IMG/VR virus record: IMGVR_UViG_3300031951_000033
Source: an uncultured virus (IMG/VR IMGVR_UViG_3300031951_000033)
Lineage: Duplodnaviria > Heunggongvirae > Uroviricota > Caudoviricetes
Reading direction: 5' to 3' (one strand)
DNA: 20,000 bases
A model generated the notes under the pieces. The model had not been told where the DNA came from. It ran no database searches and worked only from the letters and a program-made list of their open reading frames with translations. Within the stretch, counting starts at the first letter, position 1; every line of letters begins with the position of its first letter. Positions 16,120-20,000 of the stretch are shown here, in pieces. The position numbers and the translations under genes were made by a program.

Positions 16120-16150
16120 GTTTTAGAAAGTCTAGCCACTAGGAGAATCG

Positions 16151-16507
16151 ATGAAGACGTCAAACTTATCAAACAATGCAATAAGGCAGTCTGAAGTAGG
16201 CCATGCCTGGGTAGAAAGACTCACTAACGCTACTGGTACGCTCTATGTGCCCAAGTTAACTACCTTCAGGGTTAGAAGCGTTACTGCAGGAACTACAGTC
16301 ACTATAGACGGTGTTCTCGCTATGACTATGGCAGCGGGCGAGATCGCAGTATTCAATGTTGGTCTTGGCGACGCAAACTACGTTCCCTCTGCTCCCAACA
16401 TGAGCAAGAGTTTGGTGGAGATCAAGGTACAAGTTAACAACGCGTTCCTTCAGATCGCAGCAGACAGTGACATAAGGTACTACGCTAACATAGTTGCGGG
16501 GCCGTAA
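16151..16507 (+). CDS. Hypothetical beta-rich protein (118 aa), possibly structural
   Basis: SD AGGAGA. Thr/Val/Ala-rich. No family recognised. Confidence 0.75.
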   Translation: MKTSNLSNNAIRQSEVGHAWVERLTNATGTLYVPKLTTFRVRSVTAGTTVTIDGVLAMTMAAGEIAVFNVGLGDANYVPSAPNMSKSLVEIKVQVNNAFLQIAADSDIRYYANIVAGP

Positions 16508-16508
16508 C

Positions 16509-18074
16509 ATGAGCATGAAGAGCTTCAGAAAATTGCTCGTAAAGAAAACGGCAGAAGGCTCTGATCTTCGTAAACTTGTCAAGGGGATTTTTGACGAGGT
16601 TCTTGAGCATTATGTTGTAGAGCGCTTAGAAAAATATGAGCCGCATGGCAATGCGGTTGATAGCGCGGTAACTCCCGCTGTTTCTCATTTTAAGGCTCAG
16701 CACCTTAACGACAACACGGTTGACACTATCAGGCATGCGATGGCGCATCATGTCTCTGAGTACAAGGCAGCAAGACAAGCAATGCATGATCCCGAGCAGG
16801 CTCAACATAAAACTGCGCTGCGAGATATAGCGGATAAACATCTTTCGGTTATGGTGCCGATGATGCATCTCGTGATGAAGGCTAGTAACAAAGACGGACC
16901 TCTTTGGACTAAACACGCCTCTATTCGTCCGTGGGAGATGAACGTCACTTCGCCAGAAACAAGAGGCGAAAGAGATGACAAGTCTCCAAATAAGCCGCAC
17001 AGAGGAACTAAAGGTTGGCGTATACGCGCTAATCCAAAATCTTCTAGCCCTTATACTCCGAAGGATTACAGGTTTTTAGAACAGCCTGCGCATCCCGCTC
17101 ATCATAAGTTTTCAAAAGATCCCCAGTTGCAGGGCCACGAAAACCACGCGTATCCGTGGGAAGAGATACAGATCGGTCATAAAAGCGCCGTAGATCAAAA
17201 TAAGGCGCATCTTCCGATAGATAATAGGAAATTAAGTGTTGACGCTAATGGTGCTCCTAAGTATGTACCGCATATTTTTGATTCGCACCCTGTTATGGAA
17301 GACATAATTCCGGATGCTGCTTCTCATTCTTATGGCGAACATTCTCCTAAGGCTATCGATATAAGACAGCGAATGGACGACTGGCATTCCAGCCCGGAGT
17401 TTTTCGATTTTCTAGATCATCCAGAGGTTTCGCCTAAAATTGCGCGTGATGAAAATGGACATCATGTTGGTGGTCACATTAAGCCTGAGCATGTTCACAG
17501 TGGTTTGCCTACCGCTGAAGCACCAGCACACAACGTTAATGCAAGAATTGTTTCTGAACAGAGATATAGTCCAATAGATTACTCTAAGAGTGGAGCCAAT
17601 ATGCCCGCTGGATCTAAGCCGCCTAAAAAGGATATTAAAAAAGACCCGCTTATCATGAGGACTCTTGCGCCGTTGCAGGAACAACAACGACAGTATGTTC
17701 AAGAAAAACTAAAAGATCCTAAAATACAGCGCCAGATAGATCTGGCGCTCGGTCGCCAAAAACCTGCTGCTGCACCTGTACAGGCTGCGCCTGCATCAAA
17801 ACCTGCTGCTGTAGAAAAACCGTCTGTGCCTCAAGCAGAAGAGTATGATCTCTCAAAGATGCCTGAAGGGGCAATGATAGAGCCAGATACGTATCATGCC
17901 TTGCCAGACAGCGTTAAGTCTATGCTCCATGAATCACATGGCTCTAAGCCTAAACCTAAATCAGAGCCAGATTTTTCAAAGCCGCCAAAAGGCTCAAACT
18001 ATTCTCAGAAAAATTGGGATGAATTGCCGCCTAAAATTAAGGAAATTATTTATAGGTCGCATGGTGGAGGTTGA
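16509..18074 (+). CDS. Hypothetical His/Pro-rich protein (521 aa), candidate internal head protein
   Basis: ATG 16509 begins 1 nt after the previous stop. Long ORF with an Ala/Pro linker, then two C-terminal repeats shared with the 8513-9889 protein. Confidence 0.8.
   Translation: MSMKSFRKLLVKKTAEGSDLRKLVKGIFDEVLEHYVVERLEKYEPHGNAVDSAVTPAVSHFKAQHLNDNTVDTIRHAMAHHVSEYKAARQAMHDPEQAQHKTALRDIADKHLSVMVPMMHLVMKASNKDGPLWTKHASIRPWEMNVTSPETRGERDDKSPNKPHRGTKGWRIRANPKSSSPYTPKDYRFLEQPAHPAHHKFSKDPQLQGHENHAYPWEEIQIGHKSAVDQNKAHLPIDNRKLSVDANGAPKYVPHIFDSHPVMEDIIPDAASHSYGEHSPKAIDIRQRMDDWHSSPEFFDFLDHPEVSPKIARDENGHHVGGHIKPEHVHSGLPTAEAPAHNVNARIVSEQRYSPIDYSKSGANMPAGSKPPKKDIKKDPLIMRTLAPLQEQQRQYVQEKLKDPKIQRQIDLALGRQKPAAAPVQAAPASKPAAVEKPSVPQAEEYDLSKMPEGAMIEPDTYHALPDSVKSMLHESHGSKPKPKSEPDFSKPPKGSNYSQKNWDELPPKIKEIIYRSHGGG
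17859..18071 (+). repeat. Two protein-level repeats of the same family as 8516-8707
   Basis: MPEGAMIEPDTYHALPDSVKSMLHESHG and PPKGSNYSQKNWDELPPKIKEIIYRSHG. Confidence 0.75.
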
Positions 18075-18077
18075 CTC

Positions 18078-19913
18078 ATGCCAGGATTTGTTAAAACTCC
18101 AAAAGATGAAGCTCGTTGGCACAAGGCCAAACAAGCTGCAAAGAAGTCTAAAAATAAAGAAGAAAGCGAATTCTCTGACAGAGATTGGGCTCTTGTAAAT
18201 CATATATACCATAGCATGTCTAAGTCTCATAGCGTCGAAGATATATCTAAAGATATGCTTTTTGCCGTCAAGATAGGAGACGCTGCGCTCGTAGATTCCT
18301 TGCTTGCTAAAGCAAAACACATGTCATCGATTGGTCAAGGCGATGACCTTGAGAAGGCTAGACCAAAAACTTACGATGAAGATTATTTGCCAGACGAAGA
18401 TCAGCCGGAAGAGTATGAGCCGGAGATTATAGAAGAAGAGGACCTTAATAAGCCGCAATTAGATGAGAACGAAGAACCAGAAGAGCGCGAACAAGACGTA
18501 GATCCTAGATCGTTCGACGTTTCTCAGATGTTTGATGAACCTTCAGACGAGTATGAAGAAGGATTTGAGCCTGAAACTGCGGTAGGGAGACAAAAACCCT
18601 CTAAGGCACATAGAGAAGATATGACGCCCGAGCAGCTTGAGGCGGTGCGACTCTTTACTGGGCCTCTCGAAGCGCATAACAATAGGCTTCGCAATGTAAA
18701 CGCAGAAGCACATGTTAACCCCGAAAAATTTAGAAGGGGTCGTCAGATAGCTGCTGTTCATGACGCCATGCGAGATCATAAAGGTGCTATCGAGCAACTT
18801 AGAAGTTCTGAAGAATACAGAAAGTCTACTCGTGGGCAACAGGCCCGGCTTGAAGCTGAATTCAATAAAAAGTGGAAAGAAGAGAATCCAGAGCACCAGC
18901 AAAAAGTTGTGTCTGCTATGGCTGAAGCGCGCGAGCATGCCGCCCGCGCAAAAGAACTTCATGGTGCAAACAAACAGCTTCAGTCTCAACACATCTTAAG
19001 GGGCGCAACTGCTGGTTCTGGCATAATGTCTTCAGAGGCTGCCGCTCAGCATGTTGGTGGCGTACGTGGCGACGATGAAGGCCCTACTGTAGCCGGCGTA
19101 ATGCAAGATCCTGCTGCCCCTTTCGCTAGAATGCACTCTAAAATACTTCAAGGTTTGGAAGGTAGATTGCGAGGAGCATCTCCATCCATGAACGAAGATG
19201 AATTTCAGCAAGCCAAGGAGTCTTTGGCTGGTGAGATAAGGCAAATACAGTTGGACGCGCCCAAAATACTCAAAGATCCTGTAGTCAAAAAGATATATGA
19301 TAATTTTGTCGGCAAATATTATCCTCTGATTACGCAATCAGAGAGAAAGATATTGAATAATCCAGATTACTCCATGCATAGAGAACATGTCGGACAAGGA
19401 GATCTTGTAGAGCCTGGGCTGCACGCACTAATTAACGCCGTCAATACCTATAATCCCGAGCACCACTCTAAGGCGAAATTTCCCACTTATGCTCAGGGGC
19501 TTATCACTAATGCGATGAAAAATCATCTCACCGAAGAATATCGTCGCGCAGTTCCCTTAGAACTCAGAGAACAAGCTAAGGCGCAAACAAAAGCAGGTAA
19601 AATGCCTAGTCCACAGGTACCTGCACCTAGCACTGAGCGTAAACAGTTTGTTGAGCAGGCTGCGCCTAAAGCAACTACGACAGTCGCACCAGAAAAACCC
19701 GCTATGCGCGATCCGTTCAAGCACGCCGCCATGAATCCCGAGCGCACTCAGAGAATGCACGGCGTTAATGCGGCAAAGAGCGTAATAAGGCGCACGCCTC
19801 AGGCTACTGCTGCGGCTGCACCGGTCAAACAACCAAAGATACATCACGATATCAGCAGCGAGATAGAGAGCGAGATGAGTGGTTATAGTGGTTTCGGAGG
19901 AAACAATGAGTAA
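18078..19913 (+). CDS. 611-aa protein with acidic N-terminal region and an isolated sigma-70 region-2 domain
   Basis: SD GGAGG. Residues ~410-485 FVGKYYPLI...DLVEPGLHALINAVNTYNP...AKFPTYAQGLITNAMKNHL match sigma region 2 (FliA-type YLPLV...DLIQxGxIGLxxAxxxYDP...KFxTYAxxRIRGAMxDxL). No region-4 HTH follows. Confidence 0.75.
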   Translation: MPGFVKTPKDEARWHKAKQAAKKSKNKEESEFSDRDWALVNHIYHSMSKSHSVEDISKDMLFAVKIGDAALVDSLLAKAKHMSSIGQGDDLEKARPKTYDEDYLPDEDQPEEYEPEIIEEEDLNKPQLDENEEPEEREQDVDPRSFDVSQMFDEPSDEYEEGFEPETAVGRQKPSKAHREDMTPEQLEAVRLFTGPLEAHNNRLRNVNAEAHVNPEKFRRGRQIAAVHDAMRDHKGAIEQLRSSEEYRKSTRGQQARLEAEFNKKWKEENPEHQQKVVSAMAEAREHAARAKELHGANKQLQSQHILRGATAGSGIMSSEAAAQHVGGVRGDDEGPTVAGVMQDPAAPFARMHSKILQGLEGRLRGASPSMNEDEFQQAKESLAGEIRQIQLDAPKILKDPVVKKIYDNFVGKYYPLITQSERKILNNPDYSMHREHVGQGDLVEPGLHALINAVNTYNPEHHSKAKFPTYAQGLITNAMKNHLTEEYRRAVPLELREQAKAQTKAGKMPSPQVPAPSTERKQFVEQAAPKATTTVAPEKPAMRDPFKHAAMNPERTQRMHGVNAAKSVIRRTPQATAAAAPVKQPKIHHDISSEIESEMSGYSGFGGNNE

Positions 19914-20000
19914 TCATGACGATAAAACCGGCTCATCTCAATATTACGACGAGCTGGTTGGCGAAGGTTTTATACCATCGTCCGATCCTAAGCCACCAAG
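19906..20000 (+). CDS. Hypothetical protein, 3'-partial
   Basis: SD GGAGG (19896-19900) and ATG 19906 overlapping the previous stop. Open to the window end (MSNHDDKTGSSQYYDELVGEGFIPSSDPKPP). Confidence 0.65.
   Translation, partial: MSNHDDKTGSSQYYDELVGEGFIPSSDPKPP

Noticed and set aside
17759..17811. Repeated AAACCTGCTGCTG in the 521-aa gene
   Set aside because: It encodes a KPAA low-complexity linker, an ordinary local duplication.
1..20000. Stop-codon reassignment as found in some large phages
   Set aside because: Genes are full length in the standard code, and TAA, TGA and TAG all serve as stops at sensible boundaries.

Overview
The window is a gene-dense segment of a large tailed dsDNA phage (Caudoviricetes) using the standard genetic code. 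It holds a head-morphogenesis module whose portal, prohead protease and major capsid protein resemble those of SPO1/Twort/K-like phages (Herelleviridae-type), recognised from remembered motifs rather than a search. Gene order: partial SbcD/Mre11-like nuclease, hypothetical, small sigma-like HTH protein, probable terminase small subunit, terminase large subunit, portal, thymidylate-kinase-like protein, coiled-coil protein with a Gre/FKBP-like C-terminal domain, Cys-rich protein with only sigma region 4, one inverted 458-aa gene, prohead protease, small structural protein, acidic scaffold, major capsid protein, terminator, small Cys-rich protein, T5 A1-like metallophosphoesterase, small hypothetical, His-rich 521-aa protein, 611-aa protein with an isolated sigma-70 region-2 domain, and a partial ORF. 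The most interesting signals are: (1) a candidate set of head-packaged, protease-processed cargo proteins with [LIM]-x-K-[ASG] sites, two sharing an unrecognised ~30-aa C-terminal repeat and one carrying a sigma2-only domain; (2) dispersed sigma2-only, sigma4-only and Gre-like proteins alongside extended -10 promoters lacking a -35 box; (3) promoters repeatedly placed inside inverted repeats, two of which would hide the ribosome-binding site on read-through RNA, including in front of the A1-like nuclease. I saw no tRNA, rRNA, CRISPR array, intron, intein or mobile element.
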